Shown here: piece after piece, positions 8,535-17,345 of the stretch | Layout of the letters: each line of letters starts with the position of its first letter | Numbering within the stretch: position 1 is the stretch's first letter | Assembly: GCA_963728125.1 (NCBI GenBank) | Contig: CAVSIZ010000017.1 | Coordinates: 15,923-79,922 of the forward strand | Reading direction: 5' to 3' | Origin: an uncultured Actinomycetota bacterium | Lineage (GTDB): Bacteria > Actinomycetota > Actinomycetes > CAWDCV01 | DNA length: 64,000 nt | Program-made: the position numbers and the translations under genes | The notes under the pieces: generated by a model | What the model was told of the DNA's origin: nothing | The model's input: only the letters and a program-made list of their open reading frames with translations | Database searches by the model: none

Positions 8535-10339
8535 CTCTTCCCCGATACATGCTCCAAGCGCGCGAGCTCGACCAACCGCGCGAACTCCGGCTCCACGTCG
8601 CACAGCGTCGCGAACGTTCCGACCGACGCGATCTGCCCGTCGCGGAGGAAGAAGATGCGGTCGCAATGCCGCAGCGTGCTGAGCCGGTGGGACACCGTGA
8701 TGATGGTCAGCTGCCCGCGCAGGTCGGCGATGGTCTCCATGATCTTCGCCTCGGTGCTCGAGTCGAGCGATGACGTCGCCTCGTCGAGTATGAGCACGGC
8801 GGGATGGTGATAGAGCGCTCGGGCAAGCCCGATGCGTTGCCGCTGGCCCCCCGACAGCCGCACACCGTGCTCTCCCACGACGGTGCTGAGACTGTCAGGC
8901 AAGGAGGCGATGAAACCGTCGACCTGGGCGAGGCGTAGCGCGTCCCACACTCTCTCGTCGTCGATCTTGTCGCCCGCGATCCCAAAGGCGACGTTGGCGC
9001 GGATGTCATCGTCGATCAGGACGATCTCCTGTGGCACATAGCCAATGGACCGCTGCCACGCCGTCCGGCATTCGGCGATCGGCGTGCCGGAGATCTCCAC
9101 CGCACCGGACGTGGCATTGAGCAGACCGAGGAGGATCGACAGCAACGTCGTCTTCCCGGCGCCGGTGCTCCCAACGATGGCAACGTCGTCGCCGTACCGG
9201 ATGAGCAGCGACACGTTCCGCAGCACATCGGGCAGGTTCGGCTCGTACCTGAACCGCACGTCCTTCATCTCGATGGTGGCCGCGCTGACCTGCTCGGCGT
9301 CGACCTCGTCGGGGGCCAGTGAGTACTGACCAAGCTCCCGCAGATCGTCCATCACCTGATTGATCGCCGGCGTGGCCGTCCGCGCGACCGTGGATGCGCC
9401 CATCACGCGGTTGAGCGGCGCGGCGAGACGGAAGCTGACGGTGAGGAAGAGGGCGATGCTCGCCAGCGCCTCGGTCGGCGAGCGGGTGAGGAACGCGAAC
9501 GCCGACACGACTGCGGCACCGAAAACCAGGGCCAGGTCGAGGAACTGGCGGGGCAGCAGCTGGAAGAACACCAGCAACTCCTGCGAGTGGGCCAGCTCCA
9601 CCTTCGTCCGGTAGAAGTTGCCGACGAAGTGATCGTGCCGGTGCAGCACCGCGAGTTCCTTCGCAGCGCGCAATGCCTCCTGCACCTGCTTGTACCGCGT
9701 TGCCGTGTCGGCGTGGGCCCGCCGAGCGGCCAGCTTGTTCCTGCCACCGATCCAACGCTGGTAGATCACCGCCACCAGCAGGAAATAGCCACAGGCAATC
9801 AGCGCGATATCGGGATCGCTGATCAGCACCACCAGCGCCACAGCAGCGAGGGTGAATGCGTCGGCCGCGGCAGCCAGGACGTAGGGCACCCCCCGACGGA
9901 ACGTCGTCAGCAGGGACTCGTTGAGAGTGCGCTGGAATTCACTCGTGTTGTGCGCGAGGTGATAGGTCACGGGCGCGGCGAGGTAGCCGGCGAACAATCG
10001 AGTCGAAATCCGCGTGTCCTCCTGCAGCGAGACGCGGATTCCCCACCGAAGCAGGGAGATCGCGGCAACCGCCTTCACGCTCAGTGCCACGACCACGATG
10101 AGCGCCAAGATGATCGTCACCTGGTTGCGCGACTCGACGTCGAACACATTGGCAATGGCATTGGCGACCGGTGGAAAGTCTCGGCCCCGATTGAGCAGCA
10201 TTTCCGTCAGCGGAACGATGAGATACAGGCTCACCCCCTCCAGTGCGGCGACCAGTATCGAACCGATGGCGAACGCGATGAAGCGTCGCCGGGCGTACCG
10301 ATCCAGCACGCTGAAGGTGCCGCGAAGAAAGGGAATCAC
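8531..10339 (-). CDS. ABC exporter with fused permease and ATP-binding domains (type I exporter)
   Basis: Six N-terminal TM helices. Walker A GSTGAGKTTLLSILLG, ABC signature LSGGQRQRIGLARAL and Walker B VLILDEATSSLD. Confidence 0.85.
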   Translation of the reverse strand: MIPFLRGTFSVLDRYARRRFIAFAIGSILVAALEGVSLYLIVPLTEMLLNRGRDFPPVANAIANVFDVESRNQVTIILALIVVVALSVKAVAAISLLRWGIRVSLQEDTRISTRLFAGYLAAPVTYHLAHNTSEFQRTLNESLLTTFRRGVPYVLAAAADAFTLAAVALVVLISDPDIALIACGYFLLVAVIYQRWIGGRNKLAARRAHADTATRYKQVQEALRAAKELAVLHRHDHFVGNFYRTKVELAHSQELLVFFQLLPRQFLDLALVFGAAVVSAFAFLTRSPTEALASIALFLTVSFRLAAPLNRVMGASTVARTATPAINQVMDDLRELGQYSLAPDEVDAEQVSAATIEMKDVRFRYEPNLPDVLRNVSLLIRYGDDVAIVGSTGAGKTTLLSILLGLLNATSGAVEISGTPIAECRTAWQRSIGYVPQEIVLIDDDIRANVAFGIAGDKIDDERVWDALRLAQVDGFIASLPDSLSTVVGEHGVRLSGGQRQRIGLARALYHHPAVLILDEATSSLDSSTEAKIMETIADLRGQLTIITVSHRLSTLRHCDRIFFLRDGQIASVGTFATLCDVEPEFARLVELARLEHVSGKS

Positions 10340-10347
10340 GCCGCGTC

Positions 10348-11550
10348 CTATGCCTGCACGGCTCTGGACAGAACCGTCTCGAAACGACCTGCGATCCTAT
10401 CGATATCAAATGCCCACTCTGCGTAGCGGCGGGCATTCTCACCGTGGAAACAGCGCAGGCTCTCATCGGAGACGAGCTTCTCCGCGGCCGCCAAGAAGCC
10501 TTCCCGGTCGTCGGTGGCAACCACAACGCCGGCGTTCGCCTGGTCGAGCGTGCGCGCCGCCAGGTTCATGGGCGGGATGGCGGCGAGAATCGGTCGCCGC
10601 GCGCACAGGTAGCTGAGGACCTTGGACGGCACCGAGAACACGCCCGCGTCAGGTGACAGGAGAGCAATTAGCACATCGGCGGAACCGAAGACCTCGGGCA
10701 GCTGCTCGTACGGCTGGTAGGGCAGGACGTGCAGGTTGCCGACGCCGTGCTCGGCGACCTGCTCCTCGAGCCATTCCGCGCCCGCGCCCTCGGAGACGAC
10801 GACCACGCGTACGTCGCCTCGGGGCTCGAACCGGCGCGCGAGGTCGAGCAGCAGGCTGGGATCGTGCTTCAGGCCGAGGGTCCCGGCGTATAGCAGCACC
10901 GTGTCGCCGGAAAGGCCCGCAGCTCGTGACCACGGGTTGTCGTGCGGGTGCGGCGGCAGCTCGTCGAGTGGCGCCCAGTTCTCGATGACCTCACACTGCT
11001 CCGGCGGGATGCGCATCGAGCGCAGGACCGGGTCGAAGTCGTCCGTGATCGACACCACGGCAGCGGTTTGGCGAAGCAGCGACGACTCCAGCGCGCGAAG
11101 CCCCGTGCCGATGGTTGCGCCGACGCGCCCCAGCTTGTTGGTGGCGTACCGCGTCATCGCCACGCTGTACACGTCCTGCAGCCAGAACACCCACGGCGTG
11201 CGGCTGACACGACACCATGCTGCTGACACCGTCTTGGCGACGAGGGGATCGTTGGACGACAAGATCACGTCCGGCTGGTGCCTGCGCGCAGCGCGGACGA
11301 AGCGGGCGCCGTAGCGCAGCTCCTGCGGAATCCGGCGGTGAACCGTGTAGCGATTGAAGACGGTGTCGAGGCTGATCGACTCGAAGGACAGCGACGGCGG
11401 GTCGTCGTCCTGCCACGACAGCGCTCCCTTACCGCTTTGGTACGAGTCGCAGTGGACGTGGCAGACGTCGTGACCTCGCCGGGCAAGCGCTCGACTCAGC
11501 TGTGCCTGGAAGGGATGCCCGGAGAAGTCATGGACGAGAATCCGCATCAC
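10348..11550 (-). CDS. GT4 glycosyltransferase, WcaI/WbuB-like
   Basis: N-terminus MRILVHDFSGHPFQAQLSRALARRGHDV is typical of WcaI-like GT4 enzymes. C-terminal GT4 domain with an EX7E-type region. Confidence 0.8.
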   Translation of the reverse strand: MMRILVHDFSGHPFQAQLSRALARRGHDVCHVHCDSYQSGKGALSWQDDDPPSLSFESISLDTVFNRYTVHRRIPQELRYGARFVRAARRHQPDVILSSNDPLVAKTVSAAWCRVSRTPWVFWLQDVYSVAMTRYATNKLGRVGATIGTGLRALESSLLRQTAAVVSITDDFDPVLRSMRIPPEQCEVIENWAPLDELPPHPHDNPWSRAAGLSGDTVLLYAGTLGLKHDPSLLLDLARRFEPRGDVRVVVVSEGAGAEWLEEQVAEHGVGNLHVLPYQPYEQLPEVFGSADVLIALLSPDAGVFSVPSKVLSYLCARRPILAAIPPMNLAARTLDQANAGVVVATDDREGFLAAAEKLVSDESLRCFHGENARRYAEWAFDIDRIAGRFETVLSRAVQA

Positions 11551-13367
11551 TTCTCCGGCCGAGAGGACGACTCGGCCGTGGTGCGTTCGAGCTCGGGTGG
11601 CGCCTTTGCTGCCTTCCCCCCGTTGATCCCGTTGAGGCTCACCCGAGGAATGGCGACCTTGGCCGCCCCGATCTTCGGGCGGCTGTCCTCGTAGGGAGCA
11701 GCCACCGAGCGCGAGCTGACACCGTTCAGGACCGCGCCCAACATGGGCGCCCTGGCGTCCCTCAGCAGATCCATGGCCGCATTGATGTGCGATGTCCTGG
11801 TACGACCCGAACGCGCGACCAGCACCACGCCGTCCACCATCTGGGCGAGCAGGACGCCGTCGGACACAGGCAGCAGCGGTGGGCCGTCGATGATGAGGTA
11901 GTCGACCTCGCGCGCGAGGGTGTTGAGCACCTCCTGCATCGCCGATCCCGACAGCAGCGATGCCGGGTCGGCGACGGGTGGTCCCGCGGTCAGCACCGCC
12001 AGCGTGGGATACAGCGACTGCACCGCATCGCTGAGCGACGCGCTACCGGACAGCACCGAACTGAGGCCGATGTCATTGGAGATGCTGAAGACTTCGTACA
12101 GCCACGGCCGGCGTAGGTTGCCGTCGATGACGACGACGGTGCAATCGGCTGCCGCCAGCGTCACGGCGAGGTTCGCCGCCGTCATCGTCCGACCATCGCG
12201 GGCGTCGGCGCTGGCGATCAGCATCTCGCCCGTACCGCTCTCGCCCAAGGCGAGCTGGACGGACGTGCGTAGGCGGCGGAACGCCTCGACCGCTGTCGGC
12301 GAGCCGGGCAGCTCGGCCACGACGCCGGCGCCACGCTCCATTCCGCGAACGCGCGGCAGCATGCCAATCACCGGGACGCCGGACGCGGCCTCGAAGGACT
12401 GCTTGGAGACCAGCCGGTCGTCGAAGTGCTCGCGGACGAAGGCGATAACGAGTCCGAGCAGGAAACCAAGCCCTGCGCCGGCAACGGCGAAGCCGACGCG
12501 TCCGGGACCGCCCAATTTCTCCGGCTCCGACGCCGGCCCGAGCACCTGCACCCCGAACGTCGGGTTCACCGTCTGAGCCAGCCTGAGGAGGTCCAGCCGC
12601 TCGATCAGGGTGGTGCGCCGGCTGTTGAGGCTGTCCCGCTGCGTGATCAACTGCTGGCGCTGGTTCTCGAGGCCATTGCGGATCACGGAGTCGTACGTCA
12701 CTCCGATCTCCGCGTCGAACTCCGCGATCGGTGTCGCCAGCTCGTTGATCTGCGTGTCGATCGCGGCGATGTCGTTCTGTACCTGTGTGGTGCCGGCTGC
12801 CATCAGCGCTGCGAGCTGACCCTGCCGCAGCTGCACGTAGGTTTCCGCGTACGCCTGCGCGTCCTGCTGCACTTGCTCGGGGTTCTCGCCCTCGACCGTC
12901 AGGCGGCTCACCCGCGAATCGGGATCGGTTTCGATCGCGACCTCGACGTCGTGGCCCACCCGATTGCGGACCTCGGTCCGCACCGCTTCTGAGCCCATCA
13001 CGGCGACCTCGGTCGCGGTCTCGGACGCTCCCGCACCTTCGCCCCCGACCGCCAGGACGCTCGCGGGTGACGTCACCTGGGCGATCACTTCCGCGGTGGA
13101 GGTGTACGTGGCGGGAGTCATCCCACCGATCAGGATGCCGAGTGCCAGGCCGATCAGCGTCGGAATCGCGATGGCGAGCGGGCGGCGCCGGACCACCGAC
13201 AGGTAGTGCCGCAGCTCATACCCGTCGCGATCGGGGTCGACATCCGCCGCCCGCCGAACTCCTGAATCGGCAGTGGCGGGAACCGATGAGTCATTCATGC
13301 CGTCGTTGCCTCTCCCCCGACTCCCCGGAGTGTCCCCGAGAGGCCCCAGGAAGCGCGAACCCCTCAC
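11547..13367 (-). CDS. polysaccharide co-polymerase / Wzc-like protein (Wzz domain plus CpsD-like ATPase domain with degenerate Walker A)
   Basis: N-terminal TM and chain-length-determinant region with a coiled coil. C-terminal domain has Walker A' VVVIDGNLRRP and Walker B DYLIIDGPPLL. The Walker A position reads ASADARDGRTMTAANLA, with Lys replaced by Arg. No C-terminal tyrosine cluster. Confidence 0.65.
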   Translation of the reverse strand: MRGSRFLGPLGDTPGSRGRGNDGMNDSSVPATADSGVRRAADVDPDRDGYELRHYLSVVRRRPLAIAIPTLIGLALGILIGGMTPATYTSTAEVIAQVTSPASVLAVGGEGAGASETATEVAVMGSEAVRTEVRNRVGHDVEVAIETDPDSRVSRLTVEGENPEQVQQDAQAYAETYVQLRQGQLAALMAAGTTQVQNDIAAIDTQINELATPIAEFDAEIGVTYDSVIRNGLENQRQQLITQRDSLNSRRTTLIERLDLLRLAQTVNPTFGVQVLGPASEPEKLGGPGRVGFAVAGAGLGFLLGLVIAFVREHFDDRLVSKQSFEAASGVPVIGMLPRVRGMERGAGVVAELPGSPTAVEAFRRLRTSVQLALGESGTGEMLIASADARDGRTMTAANLAVTLAAADCTVVVIDGNLRRPWLYEVFSISNDIGLSSVLSGSASLSDAVQSLYPTLAVLTAGPPVADPASLLSGSAMQEVLNTLAREVDYLIIDGPPLLPVSDGVLLAQMVDGVVLVARSGRTRTSHINAAMDLLRDARAPMLGAVLNGVSSRSVAAPYEDSRPKIGAAKVAIPRVSLNGINGGKAAKAPPELERTTAESSSRPEK

Positions 13368-13669
13368 CCGTGCCGATCCGCGCCAGAGCCGACCTGCGCG
13401 GCGGCTCCGACATTCTCGGCGGACTTACGGTCCACCATGCCGGCAATAGCGGCCAGCGTCTCGAAGTTCTCCGGAACCAAGTCCTCGTCGTCGATCTCGA
13501 TGTCATATGTCGATTCGAGGAACGCGACAAGCTGGTGCATACCGAGCGAGTCGATGACACCACGCTCGAGCAGCGGGTAGTCGTCCGCGAGGTCCGCGCT
13601 GTCCCCCGGCCACGTGAACTCGGTGACAATGAGCTGGCGAACGCTCTCTCTGGTGCTGCCTACCGCCAT
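13364..13669 (-). CDS. acyl carrier protein (phosphopantetheine-binding)
   Basis: 101 aa. Motif LLERGVIDSLGMHQLVAFLE with the conserved DSLG serine. Acidic helix II-III. An AGGGGGA-like RBS lies upstream of the ATG at 13667-13669. Confidence 0.7.
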   Translation of the reverse strand: MAVGSTRESVRQLIVTEFTWPGDSADLADDYPLLERGVIDSLGMHQLVAFLESTYDIEIDDEDLVPENFETLAAIAGMVDRKSAENVGAAAQVGSGADRHG

Positions 13670-13677
13670 GGTTCCCC

Positions 13678-14619
13678 CTATGACATCCCCGCTGACGCTG
13701 ACATCCCCGCTGACGCGTTCAGCCGACTGCTGCCGACAACACTGTCGGTGCGCACGAGGGTATCGAGCCATGACGCCAAGGTGTCCACCGCAAGGCCCTG
13801 CGTCGACACCTCGTGCATTCCACCGAGCCGCGCGTCCACGACGCTTACGGTGAGCAGGTCGCCAGCCGAGTCGGCGATCTTGCCCATCGCACCGGCGCGG
13901 ACGCGCGCGAACTCCGGGTAGAAGTCGTCCGCGCTGCCGTACAGAAAGAGCACCGGGACGCCCCTGCGCAGCGCGGATTGCAGCGCCTCGAGGAACCCCG
14001 GGCTGGCCCCGCCCGGCGACCGCGGCGGACGCGAACCGGTCAGGATGCGGGTCAGCTTGCGCAGCAGGGCCCGGCGCACCTTTCCAGTGGCTTTCCAGGC
14101 GATCGCCACATTCTGCCGGCGCAGCGTTGCCGCCTTCTTGACGTACCACGACAGCGGCCGGCTGAGGATGGCTTCCTGATGGGTCACGTCGCTCACCGGG
14201 GGCGCGATCAGGGCGAGGCCGACGAGCCCATCGACCTGATCCGCAATGGCCATGCCGTTGCGCGCCCCCCAGCACTGGCCGATCATCGCGATCTGGCGAT
14301 GCCCCTGCGACTCCAGCCAGCGGATCGCGCCGAGCGCGTCGTCGGTCCACGGCTTGTCGAACTCGACCTCGCGCATGCTGCCGCTGCTCTCGGCCACGCC
14401 CTGATAGTTGACACGAAGGACCGAGAACCCGCGATCGGCAAGCTCCAGCGCCAACCGCCGGCGCATCTGGTTCTTGCCGAACGTCGGGTCGGTGCCACCG
14501 CCGGCGAGCAGGAGCACGCTCACCCCGTTCGGACGTCCCGACGGCTCGGTGAAGACGCCGAAGAGCTCTTCGGAGCCCGCCGGGAAGAACACCGGGGTGT
14601 TCATCACGGTCCTCCCCAC
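13678..14619 (-). CDS. alpha/beta-hydrolase fold protein with Cys nucleophile (GxCxG), paralog 1
   Basis: Nucleophile elbow MIGQCWGA. Putative acid GSADDF and His GGMHEV. C-terminal SAGMSASAGMS is encoded by an 18-bp tandem duplication. Confidence 0.6.
   Translation of the reverse strand: MGRTVMNTPVFFPAGSEELFGVFTEPSGRPNGVSVLLLAGGGTDPTFGKNQMRRRLALELADRGFSVLRVNYQGVAESSGSMREVEFDKPWTDDALGAIRWLESQGHRQIAMIGQCWGARNGMAIADQVDGLVGLALIAPPVSDVTHQEAILSRPLSWYVKKAATLRRQNVAIAWKATGKVRRALLRKLTRILTGSRPPRSPGGASPGFLEALQSALRRGVPVLFLYGSADDFYPEFARVRAGAMGKIADSAGDLLTVSVVDARLGGMHEVSTQGLAVDTLASWLDTLVRTDSVVGSSRLNASAGMSASAGMS
13681..13716. repeat. perfect 18-bp tandem duplication (TGACATCCCCGCTGACGC x2) at the 3' end of alpha/beta-hydrolase paralog 1
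   Basis: Read directly in the sequence. It encodes the C-terminal SAGMS-A-SAGMS and lies 11 nt upstream of the ACP start. Confidence 0.8.
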
Positions 14620-15521
14620 ATCAGGTGGGCTGTGTCAAGCGAATGTCCGGGACCGTACCCCAGATCTCTGGATACCAAGAAAGCGAAAAGGGCATGTCGC
14701 TCGCCAGCATCCGGGGAAATTCTGCCGAACTCGTGTGCGTCGCGTTCGGCGGATACGGCTGGGATTGTGCCAGCGCACGCTATTGCGCGGGCATACTGAA
14801 CGGCGCCGCTCGTCAACGAGACAGATACGTCGCGGCGGACATTCGGCTCGCAAGCGAATTGTTGGGCGGTCGACGAAATGTTCCGATACGCCACCTCGAC
14901 GCGAAGCCTCCCGCGCTCGACGTTGATGGTGGTGAGCGTGACGTCCCAGGTGCCGTCGTTCTTGATGGGGCGATCGACGACGTAGGTCCCTGGAGCGATG
15001 CGATCAGCCACGGTGCTCGCTGGCGAGGGGCTCGTCAACGACGCGCTGGTGGCTGGGCTGGCAGCTACCGAGGCGTCTCGCTCGGAGTCGTCTTGCGACG
15101 TGACGAGGAAGAACCCCGCGAGCAGGAAGCTCGCCACGACGAGGGCAACGACAAAGACCCGGCGACGCCGATGTTTGCGGCGCTGCGTGTTCCGTTCCGC
15201 TGCCTGCTCGTGCAATGCCTGACGTAGCTTCGCTTCACGTTCACCGGCGAGCCTGAGCTGCGCCTCGCGCGCGCGGGCCTGGTCTTCGCGAGCCTGATCC
15301 GGCTCCTTGGTGAGAACCCGGTAGGCCTCGTTCACCTGACGCAGGTGGCGCTCCGCCTCCTCGATGACCTTGGTGGGGGCGGATTGGTGCCGATCCGGAT
15401 GCAGCAGGTTGGCAAGGACGCGGTAGCGGTCACGGATCTCGGCCTGCGACGCCCCAGGCGCCACCCCGAGCACGGCGTAGGGATCGAAGCGTGGCTGGGG
15501 CATGGTGGGGATGCGTGCCAC
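14604..15521 (-). CDS. J-domain (DnaJ-like) single-pass membrane protein
   Basis: J domain DPYAVLGVAPGASQAEIRDRYRVLANLLHPDRH with an HPD motif. Charged coiled-coil linker. TM helix FVVALVVASFLLAGFFLV. Extracytoplasmic domain of about 160 aa. Confidence 0.65.
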   Translation of the reverse strand: MARIPTMPQPRFDPYAVLGVAPGASQAEIRDRYRVLANLLHPDRHQSAPTKVIEEAERHLRQVNEAYRVLTKEPDQAREDQARAREAQLRLAGEREAKLRQALHEQAAERNTQRRKHRRRRVFVVALVVASFLLAGFFLVTSQDDSERDASVAASPATSASLTSPSPASTVADRIAPGTYVVDRPIKNDGTWDVTLTTINVERGRLRVEVAYRNISSTAQQFACEPNVRRDVSVSLTSGAVQYARAIACAGTIPAVSAERDAHEFGRISPDAGERHALFAFLVSRDLGYGPGHSLDTAHLMWGGP

Positions 15522-15558
15522 TTACGACCGGGAGCTCGTCGGGATCCGGATGCGATCC

Positions 15559-16464
15559 TCAGCCGACTGCTCGCCCTCCCCGGCGGGAATGTCCAACGTG
15601 GCGAATCCACGCCAGCACCGTGCGCAGAAAGGTTTCCTGCACGGCGACCGAGCCGAGCCCGTCGAGGCGACCATCGACGACCTCGACGGCCACCTGCGCG
15701 GACCGCCGATCGATCGCGCGACCGAGCGCATCGTCGCGTGCCCGGTCGAACTGGGACGCGAAGTCGTCATCGAGTCCGTACAGGAACAGCACCGGCGTCC
15801 CCGAGTCGAGGACATGCTCGACCTGCGGGAGGAACCGTCGCGGCGGTGTGCCCGCCCGGCCGCGGCGGCCGAGCAGAACCCGCCGGAGCTTCCCCCTGAG
15901 CACAGCCCGGCGCCGCTTCGCCTTCTCGCCGCGGACGAGGAGCAGCAACGAGCGGGGCGACGTCAGCCGTCGCAAGTACCACGACAGCGGTGAATCGAGG
16001 ACCCCCTCGCGATGCCCTCCGTCGCCCAGCGGGCACGACACCAGGGCCAACCCGGCGAGCGCGCCTACCTGGGGAGCGGCGGCGAGCGCTGCGCGACCGC
16101 CGGCGCACAAGCCGATCACGACGATGCGCTGGAAGCCGCGGGACTCGAGCCAGCGCAGGGCGGCGACGGTGTCGTCGACCCACTCGTTGCCGATATCGGG
16201 GTCGCGGACCAGGCCGCCGCTCTCGCCGACGCCGGTGTAGCTGAAGCGCAGTGCGTGGAAGCCGCGCGCGGCCAGCTCGCGGGACAGCCGTACCCGGGCC
16301 TGGTTCTTCCCGAACGCCGGCACGCCCCCGCCGCCCCACAGGCTCAACACCGCGGCGCCGTTGGCGTTGCCGTTCGGGGCGGTGAGGATGCCGACCAGGT
16401 CCTCGTCAGTCACGTCCGTCGCCGGAATGACGACAGGCGTCTCATTGCTAGACGTGATGGTCAT
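15559..16464 (-). CDS. alpha/beta-hydrolase fold protein, paralog 2 (Cys elbow retained, His not evident)
   Basis: Elbow VIGLCAGG and acid GLDDDF. Clear paralog of 13678-14619. Start ATG at 16462-16464 overlaps the stop of paralog 3 (ATGA). Confidence 0.55.
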   Translation of the reverse strand: MTITSSNETPVVIPATDVTDEDLVGILTAPNGNANGAAVLSLWGGGGVPAFGKNQARVRLSRELAARGFHALRFSYTGVGESGGLVRDPDIGNEWVDDTVAALRWLESRGFQRIVVIGLCAGGRAALAAAPQVGALAGLALVSCPLGDGGHREGVLDSPLSWYLRRLTSPRSLLLLVRGEKAKRRRAVLRGKLRRVLLGRRGRAGTPPRRFLPQVEHVLDSGTPVLFLYGLDDDFASQFDRARDDALGRAIDRRSAQVAVEVVDGRLDGLGSVAVQETFLRTVLAWIRHVGHSRRGGRAVG

Positions 16465-17345
16465 CGACCGGTTCCCGAACCGTTGAGGCGACTCGCCAAC
16501 CACGTCGCTACCTGCTCATTCAACTCCGGATGCAGGACGACCTTCGGTCCGGACCGGAACCACCAGCTCTCCTCGACGTCGACGATGCTGGTGTCGACGG
16601 ACGCACCATTCGCGCGTAGCCGTTCGACGATGGCCCGGTGATCGGGACGGAGCTCACGGCCTTGGAACTGCACGAGCAGGACATCGCCAGAGATGTCATC
16701 GAACTCGGCCAGGGCATCGTGCTCGATCACGCTGTCGTACAGGGAGGCATGGATGACATTGCCGACTACATCAGCCCAGCCCTGAGCAGAGAGCACGTCC
16801 TGCAGCTTCTGTTTCTTGCCGACGGCACTGTCGCTTGCGGTGAGGGCACTCATCGCCCGACTGCGCCATGCCTCGCGAAAGTACCGACGAAAGTCCGTGA
16901 CCGGCTCGACGAGCACCATGGGGGGGCGTTCGTCTGCCCGCGCCCGGGCCGCAGAGGCGGCCGCTAGCGCACCCCAGCGCATGCCGACGAAGCCCATGGG
17001 AACGTCGCCGGCAGAGGCAGCGAGCAGCTGCGTTGCCCACGCGGCGTCGTCCTCGAGGGTCCGCAGGGTCATCTGGCCCGGGTCGCCGTCGCTATCTCCC
17101 ATGCCGGACGGGTGATAGCGCAACGTCATCAGCCCGGCCTCGGAGAGCCGGCGCGCGAGGTAGACCTCGCGTTGATAGTTGGAGACGAAGTCGGCCAGCA
17201 CCGACGAGAAGAGCGCGACGGCGCCCACCGCGGTGCTGCGCGGTTCATGGAGACACGTGAAGAGCGAGACGTCGTCGTCGCGTGCGACGAAGGCAATGCG
17301 TTCGCGCGTGCCAGAGGTGCGATCCGTACGCACACAGTCAGGCAT
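16461..17345 (-). CDS. alpha/beta-hydrolase fold protein, paralog 3 (nucleophile position Cys replaced by Arg)
   Basis: Elbow reads FVGMRWGA instead of GxCxG. Start likely at MPDCVRTD; the ORF could extend to 17417. Confidence 0.5.
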   Translation of the reverse strand: MPDCVRTDRTSGTRERIAFVARDDDVSLFTCLHEPRSTAVGAVALFSSVLADFVSNYQREVYLARRLSEAGLMTLRYHPSGMGDSDGDPGQMTLRTLEDDAAWATQLLAASAGDVPMGFVGMRWGALAAASAARARADERPPMVLVEPVTDFRRYFREAWRSRAMSALTASDSAVGKKQKLQDVLSAQGWADVVGNVIHASLYDSVIEHDALAEFDDISGDVLLVQFQGRELRPDHRAIVERLRANGASVDTSIVDVEESWWFRSGPKVVLHPELNEQVATWLASRLNGSGTGR

